NCBI GenBank assembly: GCA_964562165.1
Contig: CAZLRZ010000001.1
Location: forward strand, 1,349-65,348
Direction: 5' to 3'
Source: an uncultured Candidatus Saccharibacteria bacterium
GTDB taxonomy: Bacteria; Patescibacteriota; Dojkabacteria; B142; OLB20
DNA length: 64,000 nucleotides
This document shows, piece by piece, positions 49,397 to 59,272 of this stretch (positions are counted from its first letter, which is position 1; each line of letters opens with the position of its first letter). The position numbers and the translations under genes are program-made. The notes under the pieces were generated by a model. It made no database searches and was not told the DNA's origin. It saw only the letters and a program-made list of their open reading frames with translations.

Positions 49397-50076
49397 TTTT
49401 TATCCGAAATAATTAAACCATCTTTCAATTTGATTATTCTTTTTGCGTTTTGGGCTATATCTTCTTCATGAGTCACTAAAATAATTGTATGTCCTTTATT
49501 ATTGAGCTCCTTAAAAACCTTCATAACTTCTTCGCCAGTTTTCGTATCGAGATTACCGGTAGGTTCGTCTGCTAAAATCATAGCAGGATCTAAAATCAAG
49601 CTTCGGGCAATTGCCGTTCTTTGGATTTGCCCTCCTGACAATTCATTTGATTTGTTATGTCTTTTATCATATAAACCTACAACTTTTAAGGCTTCACTTA
49701 CTCGTTTGTCTTGTTCTTCTTTTGATATGATCTGTTTTGTGTATGCAAAGGGTAGCTTTACATTTTGTTCGACTGTAATCCTAGGTAGTAAATTAAAGGC
49801 CTGAAAAACAAATCCGATGTCTTCGTTTCTGACTTTAGCCAAATCTGTGTCTTTCATTTGGGCGACATTTTTATCTTTGAGGTAATATACACCGGTGGTT
49901 GGAGTATCAAGACAACCAATAATATGCATCAAAGTTGATTTCCCGGAGCCTGAGGGCCCCATAATTGCAACAAACTCGCCCTTTTCAATATTAAGATCAA
50001 CGCCTTTTAAAGCCTCGAACTGGTTTGGGCCTGTATTATAGGATTTTTTGATTGAAACTAATTTGATAAGAGGCAT
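49387..50076 (-). CDS. MacB/LolD-type ABC ATP-binding protein
   Basis: GPSGSGKST, LSGGQ, ADEPTGNLD, VTH. Confidence 0.96.
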   Translation of the reverse strand: MPLIKLVSIKKSYNTGPNQFEALKGVDLNIEKGEFVAIMGPSGSGKSTLMHIIGCLDTPTTGVYYLKDKNVAQMKDTDLAKVRNEDIGFVFQAFNLLPRITVEQNVKLPFAYTKQIISKEEQDKRVSEALKVVGLYDKRHNKSNELSGGQIQRTAIARSLILDPAMILADEPTGNLDTKTGEEVMKVFKELNNKGHTIILVTHEEDIAQNAKRIIKLKDGLIISDKKCD

Positions 50077-50078
50077 AT

Positions 50079-51134
50079 TTAATTTGAACCACCAAGACTA
50101 AAATTGATAGTGTTAACCGATAAATCGTAATTTAAAACAACTTGATCTCCCTCATTTAATCCGGATACTATTTCGACCAAAGAATTATTATTAACTCCAG
50201 TTTGGATTTCTTTTTCAGAAATTTTTAACAAGGCTCCGGATTCGTCAAATTCAGGAACATAAACAAATGATTTCCCACTTTTCTCTCTGATTGCAGATGA
50301 GGATAATGACAAAACATTGGGGGTTTTATTAACTGTAATTAATCCATTAATAGTCATTTCAGCAAGTAAAGTTTGTTGCTCTGGAATTGAGGCTTTAACA
50401 ATGTAGTTAACAACACCGGCAACGTTGGTTCCGCTAGGATTAATTTGAATAATCTTACCTGTAATAGATTTTCCAACTGCTTCAATTTCTAATTTGATCT
50501 CCTGATCGAGTTTCACTTTAGATACATCTAATTCATTAACTGTAAGGTTTGCCACCAATTCACCACTTTCGCCAATAACTAGCGCCGGAGTCAGTTGTGA
50601 AATACTAGCAAAATCGCCAACCTTGAGGTTTAGAGTGGAAACAACGCCATCAGCAGGGCTTTTTATAATTGCATTTTCTAAATTTCTTTTGGCATTTTCT
50701 TGGTTGACCCAAGTAATATTAACTTGTTGCTGTGCTTGTTTAACTGAGTAATCATCAACGATTGGGGCGTTTTTTAATTTATCGCGTCCGTAAACTGCTG
50801 AGTTAAAAGAATATTGGGAGCTTTTGTATGCACTTTGGAGATCAGTATCGTCTAAACGTAAAAGCTCTTGATCTTTTTTAACAAAGTCTCCAACTTTAAC
50901 ACTTACGGATACCACTTTGGCATTTATTCTTGGATTTACATTAAAGGTGTTTTTGAAGCTAACCGATCCATTTGCATTCACTTGTTCAATAATGTCTGTC
51001 TTTTTTACAGATTCATAAATATAATCGGCTTTATTTGTGTTTTGTACTGGGCGAAACACAAGAATCAAAGCCAATATTATTAGGCCTAGAAAAAACCACC
51101 ACTTTTTCTTTTTAAAAAATGACATTTTTGACAT
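50079..51134 (-). CDS. MacA-like membrane fusion (adaptor) protein
   Basis: N-terminal anchor; lipoyl halves VKVGDFVKKDQ and IKSPADGVV; EIVSGLNEGDQV. Confidence 0.92.
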   Translation of the reverse strand: MSKMSFFKKKKWWFFLGLIILALILVFRPVQNTNKADYIYESVKKTDIIEQVNANGSVSFKNTFNVNPRINAKVVSVSVKVGDFVKKDQELLRLDDTDLQSAYKSSQYSFNSAVYGRDKLKNAPIVDDYSVKQAQQQVNITWVNQENAKRNLENAIIKSPADGVVSTLNLKVGDFASISQLTPALVIGESGELVANLTVNELDVSKVKLDQEIKLEIEAVGKSITGKIIQINPSGTNVAGVVNYIVKASIPEQQTLLAEMTINGLITVNKTPNVLSLSSSAIREKSGKSFVYVPEFDESGALLKISEKEIQTGVNNNSLVEIVSGLNEGDQVVLNYDLSVNTINFSLGGSN

Positions 51135-51166
51135 AAAGCGAGTATATCATATTGTATAATATTGTA
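51135..51166. promoter_or_regulatory. Back-to-back -10 elements for the adaptor/ABC/methyltransferase operon and elp3
   Basis: Minus: TGaTATACT (hexamer 51146-51141) + 6 nt + ATG 51134. Plus: TATAAT (51155-51160) + 6 nt + ATG 51167. Confidence 0.7.
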
Positions 51167-52870
51167 ATGACTTTACAATACAAAAAAATGCAGGTCCCTA
51201 TTGAGTTCTTTAAAGAGCTCGAAAACTTAAAAAAAGTTAATAATAAAAGAATTCAGATTTTGCTTCGGAAGTACCCAAGAGGTCACGAATTATTTAGCCG
51301 TGATCAATTGATTTCATCGTATAAAGAATATTGCGAAAAAGGTTTAATGAGCTTAGATAGTGAAATCCTAGACGTACTAAAATTAAAGCCTAGCAGAACA
51401 ATGTCAGGGGTTACAGTTATTACTGTCTTAACAAAACCCTACCCTTGCCCAGGAAAGTGCATTTTTTGCCCTAATGATATTAGAATGCCAAAAAGCTATA
51501 TAAGTTCAGAGCCCGGTGCTCAAAGAGCAGCCAGGAATGCATTTGATCCATATCTGCAAACATACAATCGTTTACTTGCCCTAAAAAATATTGGCCACAA
51601 TACTGAAAAAATCGAATTAATAGTTCTTGGAGGGACTTGGTCTTTTTACCCTATCGAATACAAAATTTGGTTTATAAAAAGATGCTTTGAGGCCATGAAC
51701 GACTTTGGAGTTATGGACGGCCGAATCGAAAAGGCTTCAATGCTAGTAGAAGACCCGATGAAAGATAAAAATGAAGTTGTCACCTACAATTCAAAAATCA
51801 ACTTTGAAAGACTTGTAAAAAACGAATCAGCAACTTGGGAAGAACTTTTTGAAGAACAACTCAAAAATCAAAATGCAAAATCGAGGAATGTTGGTTTAGT
51901 TTTGGAAACTAGGCCCGATTATATTTCACCCAAAGAGATCCAAGAATTAAGGCAATTTGGCGCAACAAAAATTCAAATAGGAGTCCAATCTTTAAACGAT
52001 ATTGTTTTAGAAAAAAACCAAAGAGGCACAACAAGAGCTCAAATTGTAAACGCTGTTAATTTAATCCGATCAGCCGGATTTAAAATCCATGCCCATTGGA
52101 TGCCAAATTTGTACGGATCATCGATTGAAATCGACAAACAGGATTATTTGGATTTATTTGAATTAGTTAAACCTGACGAGTTGAAAATTTATCCGACATC
52201 AATCATTAAAGGCACATTGCTTTATAAATATTTCAATGAAGGCAAATACAAACCATATAGTAATGAAGAATTAATTGAGCTTCTAAAGTTTTGTTTAAAG
52301 AACACACCAAAATACTGCAGACTCACACGTATTATCCGAGACATTCCATCAAATGAAATTGAAGCCGGAAACAAAACAACAAATCTTAGACAAATCATTG
52401 AAAATGAACTTATAAAAGAAGGAACACCTTGCCAATGCATCAGATGCCGAGAAGTGAAAAATACTAAGGTAATTTTTGAATCTTTAGGGAAAAACATCTT
52501 AGCGTACAAATCGCAAGTTGGGACTGACTATTTCATTACGCTTGAAACGGAAAACAAAATCGCAGGGTTTTTACGTCTTTTTTTGTCAGACAAAAATGAA
52601 TCTATCGAAAATGAACTTTATAAAGAGGTCAAAGATTCTGCAATAATTCGTGAAGTCCACGTCTATGGGCAGGTCGTAGGCATAGGCAAATCAATCGGCG
52701 AAAAGACTCAACATACAGGAGTTGGGAAAACTTTAGTCGCAGCAGCCGAAGAAATTGCCATTAATAATAAATTCAAAAAAATCAGCGTAATATCTGCAAT
52801 CGGAACAAGAGAATATTACAAAAAGCTTGGCTATACTTCACAAAAGATGTTCCAAACAAAAGAGCTTTAA
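51167..52870 (+). CDS. elp3: Elp3-type tRNA U34 carboxymethyltransferase (radical SAM + GNAT); start moved to ATG 51167
   Basis: RTMSGV, CPGKCIFCP, PKSY..EP, KIELIVLGGT, ETRPD, KIYP, RIIRDIP, CIRCRE, REVHVYG, QHTGVG, ISAIGTREYY. Confidence 0.95.
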   Translation: MTLQYKKMQVPIEFFKELENLKKVNNKRIQILLRKYPRGHELFSRDQLISSYKEYCEKGLMSLDSEILDVLKLKPSRTMSGVTVITVLTKPYPCPGKCIFCPNDIRMPKSYISSEPGAQRAARNAFDPYLQTYNRLLALKNIGHNTEKIELIVLGGTWSFYPIEYKIWFIKRCFEAMNDFGVMDGRIEKASMLVEDPMKDKNEVVTYNSKINFERLVKNESATWEELFEEQLKNQNAKSRNVGLVLETRPDYISPKEIQELRQFGATKIQIGVQSLNDIVLEKNQRGTTRAQIVNAVNLIRSAGFKIHAHWMPNLYGSSIEIDKQDYLDLFELVKPDELKIYPTSIIKGTLLYKYFNEGKYKPYSNEELIELLKFCLKNTPKYCRLTRIIRDIPSNEIEAGNKTTNLRQIIENELIKEGTPCQCIRCREVKNTKVIFESLGKNILAYKSQVGTDYFITLETENKIAGFLRLFLSDKNESIENELYKEVKDSAIIREVHVYGQVVGIGKSIGEKTQHTGVGKTLVAAAEEIAINNKFKKISVISAIGTREYYKKLGYTSQKMFQTKEL

Positions 52871-52933
52871 AATTCATTTGCTTACTTTCTTAAATTTCTC
52901 TACAATTTTTTATATACAATTAATTTGTAGTTT

Positions 52934-53380
52934 ATGATTTATATCGGTTCAGATCACGCAGGCTTTAATACCAAAGAAATAGTAAAAAGATATCTATCCT
53001 CTATTGGATTACTCCACAAAGATATGGGGCCGTTTGAATTTATCCAAGATGATGACTATCCCTTATTTGCTTTTGACGTAGCGGAAGCTGCTGCAAGAGA
53101 GCCCTTTTCACTTGGTATTTTAATCTGCAGCAGCGGAACCGGAATGGTTATTGCCGCAAACAAAGTTAAAGGGGCAAGAGCCGCTTGTATTCAATCGGTA
53201 GAAAGCGCAAGACTATCAAAGGAACACAATAATTGTAATGTTTTGGTAATTGATAATTTAACCTTTAATGAGGCTAAAGATTTTGAAATAATTAAGACAT
53301 TTATTTTCACAGCTTTTTCGCAAGAAGAAAGGCATATTCGAAGACTAAAACAGATATCTGACTATGAATCGAGTAATTAA
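52934..53380 (+). CDS. rpiB: Ribose-5-phosphate isomerase B
   Basis: GSDHAG, DDYP, ICSSGTG, ANKVKGARA, HNN, RHIRR. Confidence 0.95.
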   Translation: MIYIGSDHAGFNTKEIVKRYLSSIGLLHKDMGPFEFIQDDDYPLFAFDVAEAAAREPFSLGILICSSGTGMVIAANKVKGARAACIQSVESARLSKEHNNCNVLVIDNLTFNEAKDFEIIKTFIFTAFSQEERHIRRLKQISDYESSN

Positions 53381-54014
53381 AATACACCCCGCCCCATTAG
53401 TTACCAATTTCACAGACTTACTTTTTCAAGTTGGAGCTTTAGTAGCTGTAACAAAAGATTTCGATATAGATATTGTCGATTGGGCCCGTACTAAATCCCG
53501 AACAATAGGCGTTTCGGACGCATTAAATCTTAAAGGAGAACTTAATTTAACCTTTGACTTAATGATGGATTTCCCATCCAAAAGTATAAAAAAATTAATA
53601 AATGAACCTAGAGTTAAAACTATAATAATAAATCTCGACTGCAAGGAAGATATTTCCTATTTGATCGACTTGATTCACCACTATAAAAAAGACGTGGGGA
53701 TTTCTATGAACCCCGATAATTCTTTAGAACAGATATTGCCATATCATAAGCTTATTGACATGATTCAGATATTTACTGTGGAACCTGGAAAACAAGGCTC
53801 ACCATTATTAGTTTCTCGACTAAATTTATTAAACAAATTAAGAGAGACTGGATTTAAGGGGAAATTGGGGATAGATGGATCTATCAATTTAAAAACAATC
53901 GAAACTATTTTAAAATACCCTGTGGATATACTGAGCGTAGGATCCTATTTATGTAAATCTACGGAACCTCATAAAAGTTTTAAAGAATTAGAATCAGCTA
54001 TACTAAAGGCTTAA
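53364..54014 (+). CDS. rpe: Ribulose-phosphate 3-epimerase-like protein with altered metal ligands
   Basis: TIM-barrel pattern DI.D, .LM, SMNP, TVEPGKQG, IDG.IN, VGS; coupled to rpiB. Confidence 0.82.
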   Translation: MNRVIKIHPAPLVTNFTDLLFQVGALVAVTKDFDIDIVDWARTKSRTIGVSDALNLKGELNLTFDLMMDFPSKSIKKLINEPRVKTIIINLDCKEDISYLIDLIHHYKKDVGISMNPDNSLEQILPYHKLIDMIQIFTVEPGKQGSPLLVSRLNLLNKLRETGFKGKLGIDGSINLKTIETILKYPVDILSVGSYLCKSTEPHKSFKELESAILKA

Positions 54015-54654
54015 GTCCAGCCTCTTTATAATCACTCAAAAACTTTTCAAGCCCTTTTGTTGTTAGTTCATGCTTTGAAAGTTTTTCTAGAATTTCTGGA
54101 GGAATAGTTGCCACATCAGCGCCAATTAAGGTTACTTGCTTTACTGTGACATCCGATCGGATTGAAGCCGCAAGAACTAATGAGTTAAATTTATACCCAT
54201 GAACGATTGCTACAATTTCCTTAAGAACTTCTAATCCGTTTTCTCCATTGTCATCAAGCCTTCCTAAAAAGGGACTGATGTATGTTGCCCCAGCTTTTGC
54301 AGCTAATAATGCTTGGTTGGGTGAAAATACTAATGTGACATTGGTTTTTATTCCTTCTTGAGTTAAGACTTTAACTGCTTTTAAGCCTTCTTCGATAAGT
54401 GGAATTTTAACAACGACATTTTTATTTAGTAGAGCAAGTGAACGAGCCTCCCTTAAGATCCCTTCATAGTCAGTCGATAGCACTTCAAGGCTTATTGGCC
54501 CATCAACAATTTGAAAAATCTCTTTTACAACATCTTCAAATGGTCTGCCGACTTTTGAGGCAAGTGAGGGGTTTGTTGTAACTCCATCGATCATTCCCAT
54601 TTCCCAATATTTTCGAATTAAGCTTGGATCAGCAGTATCAATAAAGATTTTCAT
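53998..54654 (-). CDS. tal: Transaldolase (TalC/MipB short family)
   Basis: IDTA, GVTTNPS, SLEV, VKIP, SPFLGR; Glu and Phe residues indicate transaldolase rather than FSA. Confidence 0.92.
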   Translation of the reverse strand: MKIFIDTADPSLIRKYWEMGMIDGVTTNPSLASKVGRPFEDVVKEIFQIVDGPISLEVLSTDYEGILREARSLALLNKNVVVKIPLIEEGLKAVKVLTQEGIKTNVTLVFSPNQALLAAKAGATYISPFLGRLDDNGENGLEVLKEIVAIVHGYKFNSLVLAASIRSDVTVKQVTLIGADVATIPPEILEKLSKHELTTKGLEKFLSDYKEAGLKPLV

Positions 54655-54683
54655 TTTGAGCAGTTTTAATAATTAAAAATATT

Positions 54684-55106
54684 TTAACAAAAATTGCTTA
54701 ATTCTCCTTCAATCGGCCTTGCATAATGGGTTGATTCAATTTTTTGAAAGCCTTGAGATTCATACCATTTAATTAAAATTGGTCGGCAATTGATCGAAAT
54801 TTCTACAGCTTTCAAAAGCTTTAACCGATCAATTGCCTCAAGAATTAAGGCTCTTCCTATCCCGTGACTTCGGTATTCTTCATCTACCACTAATTTATAT
54901 ATTTGACCTTTGATGCCATCAAATCCAACCAAGGTTATTCCGACGATCTTATTATCCACAATAGCTTTTACAGAAGTTTCGGAATTCTTTTTTAAATATC
55001 CGTCAAGCATTTTGGCTTCGGCTTCAGGGATTAAATGCCTAGATTCCAAAAAACTTTTCACTTCGTTAAGATCTTCGATTTTAATTGATTGATATTTAAC
55101 TTCCAT
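54684..55106 (-). CDS. GNAT N-acetyltransferase
   Basis: VDEEYRSHGIG; WYESQGF. Confidence 0.9.
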   Translation of the reverse strand: MEVKYQSIKIEDLNEVKSFLESRHLIPEAEAKMLDGYLKKNSETSVKAIVDNKIVGITLVGFDGIKGQIYKLVVDEEYRSHGIGRALILEAIDRLKLLKAVEISINCRPILIKWYESQGFQKIESTHYARPIEGELSNFC

Positions 55107-55119
55107 TTTTATAAAGTTT

Positions 55120-56196
55120 TTACAAATATTTTTCTAAATCGGTTCCTTCAAATTTCTTTAGCAACTCTTTGAGTTTAGTATTATCTTCTTTAGGAAAGAT
55201 TGCAATTACATCAGGAGTGTTAACAACTACAAAGCCATCAATCCCAATTGTGGTGATCATTTTACTATCTTCGTAATTGTAGATAATACTATCGGTTGTT
55301 TGATAAGGATAGACATTTCCTTTGGTGACGACATCATCTTTGTTTTTTTCGAGTGCTTCTTTTAGTGCGATCCATTCCCCGACGTCGCTCCAACCCATGT
55401 CTGAGTGGATTATTAAAGCTTCACCAGGAAAAACTTTTTCAGCAAAAACATAGTCGGCGGAGATCTTCTCTAGTAGTGCATATTTAGCATTCGCTTCGTC
55501 TGAAAAATTCGAATTAACAACCTCTTGGCAAACACTAAAGATTTTTTTATTTGTTTGCTCTACTTTTGCAAGATAAGCTGATGATTTTACAACCCAATAT
55601 CCCGGATTCCAAGCATATTCGCCTGAGAGCAAATATTCTTCGGCCACTTGTTGACTTGGTTTTTCAACGAATCGAATAAATTTCTTTAAAACATTTTTTG
55701 GATTATTGAAAACCTGGAGTTCTTTTCCAAATTTTAAGTAACCTCTATGAGGAGAAGCAAATCTTGCAGGTACGGCAATAAAAACGAATTTATCATTAAT
55801 TTTTACTTGATTTTCCGCTTCAATTAAAGCGTCAATATATGTTTTATTGTCTTTGATCAAATTGTCCGCCCACCTTATAATTACAACTTCATCAGGGAAT
55901 TTTTTGTTGAGATATGCAACTGCTAAAGTTACTGCAGGGCCTGTATCTCGCATAACAGGGTCAAAAATGAAATTTTCTGGATTTATCTCGGGCAAAATAG
56001 ATTTGATCTCTTTTTCATAAACCTTACCTGTACAAAAGAAGATATCCTCTTTTTGAATTCCTTCTAAAAGTTGCTCATACGCAAGTCTAACTAGGGGTTT
56101 GTCACCCTGAACATTTTGAAATTGTTTAGGATTATTAATCCTACTTGCTGGCCAAAAACGTTTTCCTGTGCCACCTGCAAAAACTACTATTTTCAT
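55120..56196 (-). CDS. manC: Mannose-1-phosphate guanylyltransferase
   Basis: AGGTGKRFWP.SR..PKQF, FVEKP, WSDVG.W. Confidence 0.92.
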   Translation of the reverse strand: MKIVVFAGGTGKRFWPASRINNPKQFQNVQGDKPLVRLAYEQLLEGIQKEDIFFCTGKVYEKEIKSILPEINPENFIFDPVMRDTGPAVTLAVAYLNKKFPDEVVIIRWADNLIKDNKTYIDALIEAENQVKINDKFVFIAVPARFASPHRGYLKFGKELQVFNNPKNVLKKFIRFVEKPSQQVAEEYLLSGEYAWNPGYWVVKSSAYLAKVEQTNKKIFSVCQEVVNSNFSDEANAKYALLEKISADYVFAEKVFPGEALIIHSDMGWSDVGEWIALKEALEKNKDDVVTKGNVYPYQTTDSIIYNYEDSKMITTIGIDGFVVVNTPDVIAIFPKEDNTKLKELLKKFEGTDLEKYL

Positions 56197-56220
56197 AATG
56201 ACAAATTAATAATTAAATAA

Positions 56221-58332
56221 TTATATCCCTAAAAAACTTTTAATGCCTATACCATTTTTTTCTTTGAATGCCCCATCAACCTTTTGAATGGCGTCCGTCC
56301 CTAAAAATGCTAATAATTCATTCAGTTTTTTATTTTTCACAACAGGATCTTCAATTGATTTTAAGGCTTCAATTTCAGGCTCTATTTGGAAATACTTAAT
56401 TTTACTAAGGGCATCTAATTGCCAGAAAAGTAAAAAGCCTCTATCTGGAAAATCGATATTGATAATTTTATAACAGTATTTAATTACTGCCTTTTCAAGT
56501 TCTTTCATCACGCTCATTACATAAGCCTTTTCTTCTTCAAGTTTTGTATTTTCGTTAGCCGATAAGCCAATTTCAAAATAGAATTTGGTCTTTGGTTCTG
56601 TTCCTGATGGCCTTACAACAACATGCATGTATTTGATTTGCTCCGTTGTTTTGAATTTTATCTTTAAGACATTTCTAGAGACTTTGTCCGTCTCGGATTT
56701 AAAAGGCTCACCTTGCCAATAATCTTTAATCTTTTCGATTTCAAAATCTCCAAAGGCTGTTGGAGGATTAGTCCTCAACCCTTGTTGAATCTGATTCATT
56801 TTATTCATTCCTTCAGCTCCCGGTAAACGAATTTCAGTTAAATAGTTTTGGTAATATCCATATTCTTCATATAAAGAATCTAAGTATTGACCTAATGTTT
56901 TACCTTGTCGTTTTAATAATGAGGCAAGTTCCGAAACTAAGATGGCAGGAACGCAAGTATCTTTATCGCGGATGTATCCTCCAATAACACTACCATGACT
57001 TTCTTCTCCGGCAATTAATAGATTCTCCAGTTCTCCTTTCTTTTCCATCTCATTCATTATTTGGCCAATATATTTAAAACCAACAAATAAATCACTTTCG
57101 ATTTTGACTCCAAATTTTTCGGCTAAAACCTCAAGGAGATTAGTAGTGACTAAAGTTTTTAAAATAAGTTTCTCGCTATTTAATTTATTCTGTCTTTTTA
57201 ATTCTTCAAGTAAATAAATTGTTTCGAAAATCATAATTTCGTTACCGGTAAAGAATCGCCAAGAGTCGTTTTCTTTGGACATTAAGCCAATTCTATCCGC
57301 GTCCGGGTCTGCTACTATTATTATGTCTGAATTAATTGCACTTGCTTCAGGCAATAAATTTGTATATGCTTCGGTAACTTCGGGATTAGGAATGTTAAAT
57401 ATGATGCCCGGGAAACTCGGATCAGGCTCCGAGGTCTTTTTATCCATTGTTATATCAAAGTTTAATGACTTTAAAACAGGATAAACGGATGTTGATGCCG
57501 TTCCATGAAATGGAGAGAAAAATATTTTAATATCTCTATAATCTGCAAGTGAACTTTTAGCTGCTGATTCGATATATGCATTATGGTCTTGCTCTGTCAA
57601 AAATTCAAAAAGACCTTGATTTTTTGCTTGATCTAAATCAATAGTATTAATTATTTCAACTTCTTTGGTAACAATATCCACTAATTCCTCATCAAATGGA
57701 GGGATAAGCTGACCGCCATTTTCATCGACTACCTTCTTGCCATTATACTCGGGGGGATTGTGCGAAGCACTTATCATATCTCCACCCACGCAATGTTTTC
57801 TTCGCACTTGGAAAGAAAGCTCAGGTGTTGAAGAAAAGCTGTTAAACATAAAGACTTTAATCCCGTTACCTGCATAAACCATTGCGGCTTTTTCGGCTAA
57901 ATCTCTGCAACTTAAATCTTTTAATGGATTAAGCCTTGAGTCATCAAAAACACCTTTTTTCACATACTGTCTAACATCATACGAAATAACTATTCCCCTA
58001 GTTTTAGCTTCGTCTCCGAATTTTGTTAATAAATATTGCGAATGACCCTGAGCAGAAAGTTGAATTGTAATTGTATTGATTCTGTTTGGGCCAATTCCAA
58101 CCAATCCTCTACGTCCACCTGTTCCAAATGGAATGACTTGATAAAACGAATCTAGTAAAAGATCCCATTTTTTTGATTCTACTAAGTATTCAATTTGAGG
58201 GATATATTCTTTGTACATCGGGTCATTAAGCCAGATTTCGATGTTTTTAATTGCTTCTTCTTTGTATTTTTCGTCAATGGATATTTCGCTAAAGCCCTTT
58301 TGAATCTGTATTAGTAAATCAGAATTTCCCAT
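56221..58332 (-). CDS. Phosphoglucomutase/phosphomannomutase (start trimmed to MGNSD)
   Basis: FGTGGRRG, SASHNP, DPDADR, EESHG, RPSGTEPK. Confidence 0.95.
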   Translation of the reverse strand: MGNSDLLIQIQKGFSEISIDEKYKEEAIKNIEIWLNDPMYKEYIPQIEYLVESKKWDLLLDSFYQVIPFGTGGRRGLVGIGPNRINTITIQLSAQGHSQYLLTKFGDEAKTRGIVISYDVRQYVKKGVFDDSRLNPLKDLSCRDLAEKAAMVYAGNGIKVFMFNSFSSTPELSFQVRRKHCVGGDMISASHNPPEYNGKKVVDENGGQLIPPFDEELVDIVTKEVEIINTIDLDQAKNQGLFEFLTEQDHNAYIESAAKSSLADYRDIKIFFSPFHGTASTSVYPVLKSLNFDITMDKKTSEPDPSFPGIIFNIPNPEVTEAYTNLLPEASAINSDIIIVADPDADRIGLMSKENDSWRFFTGNEIMIFETIYLLEELKRQNKLNSEKLILKTLVTTNLLEVLAEKFGVKIESDLFVGFKYIGQIMNEMEKKGELENLLIAGEESHGSVIGGYIRDKDTCVPAILVSELASLLKRQGKTLGQYLDSLYEEYGYYQNYLTEIRLPGAEGMNKMNQIQQGLRTNPPTAFGDFEIEKIKDYWQGEPFKSETDKVSRNVLKIKFKTTEQIKYMHVVVRPSGTEPKTKFYFEIGLSANENTKLEEEKAYVMSVMKELEKAVIKYCYKIINIDFPDRGFLLFWQLDALSKIKYFQIEPEIEALKSIEDPVVKNKKLNELLAFLGTDAIQKVDGAFKEKNGIGIKSFLGI

Positions 58333-59272
58333 AGTTAAAATTATTAGATTTAAAAATATTACCTTGAAAATCAACTAAAAAGCCTTTATAGCCTTTTCTA
58401 TTAATTATTGATAAGCCGTTTTTACCCAACAGAAACAAAACAGTTGCCCACAGGTCGCTTTCAGTTGCGGTTGGGGCAATTACGAACGATTGTGATGTTT
58501 CATTTACCGGGAATCCTGTTTTTGGACTCAGTAAATGATGAAATATTCCGACCTTTCTTGCCCAACCCCCAGACCCTGATATGCTTTCATTTTCAAGAAC
58601 GACTTTCCCCCATGAATCAACTTTATCTTCTAAGTTTAAACCGGAATTTGGCAAATCCGCTTTATATAGACCAATAGTCCAAGGCAGGCCTTCTGAATTC
58701 ACTCCGTATGACCTTATATCTCCCCCTGCATTTATTAATATACCATCAAATTTAAATTTTCGCAGAAAATTAAAAGCGAGATCAACAGCATATCCTTTAC
58801 CAATACTACCTAAATCGATTTTCTGATTCTTCTTTAATAATATTTGATTTGTATCAGGATTGATGACTATTTCATTTGGAGAAGGCCTGCCTTTGCACAT
58901 CTTAATAACCTCCTCCGAAAGCTTATTATTTGATAATCCTTTAAACGAACCCTCCGAATCATATCCGTACAATTCAAGTAAATCGATAATTGTTGGATCG
59001 TAAATCCCATCGGTTTCTTTGGATACCTTTAATACTTTGGAAATCAAATCGAACAATTCTTTAGAAACAACTCCGTCTTTTAACTTCCCGTTATTTAACA
59101 GTGAAAGCTCGCTATCTTTTTTGAATCTGGAGAATTTATTAACAACGTCCTTAAAGAAATCATAAGATTTGTAGAGTTTTTCTTTCGTGAAAATAGTGCC
59201 TCGAGTTGAAACTATTTGAATACGGATAATTGTATTCATAAAGACTTCCTCAGCGCTGTAAATCATGGCCAT
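58319..59272 (-). CDS. apbE: ApbE-family FAD:protein FMN transferase without a signal peptide
   Basis: SRF..DSEL, DLGSIGKGYAVD, NAGGD, SG, HHL.SPKTG, D..AT. Confidence 0.92.
   Translation of the reverse strand: MAMIYSAEEVFMNTIIRIQIVSTRGTIFTKEKLYKSYDFFKDVVNKFSRFKKDSELSLLNNGKLKDGVVSKELFDLISKVLKVSKETDGIYDPTIIDLLELYGYDSEGSFKGLSNNKLSEEVIKMCKGRPSPNEIVINPDTNQILLKKNQKIDLGSIGKGYAVDLAFNFLRKFKFDGILINAGGDIRSYGVNSEGLPWTIGLYKADLPNSGLNLEDKVDSWGKVVLENESISGSGGWARKVGIFHHLLSPKTGFPVNETSQSFVIAPTATESDLWATVLFLLGKNGLSIINRKGYKGFLVDFQGNIFKSNNFNYGKF

Noticed and set aside
51128-51160. TTGACA as the -35 of the elp3 promoter
   Set aside because: The spacer to TATAAT is 21 nt, and the hexamer overlaps the adaptor gene start codon
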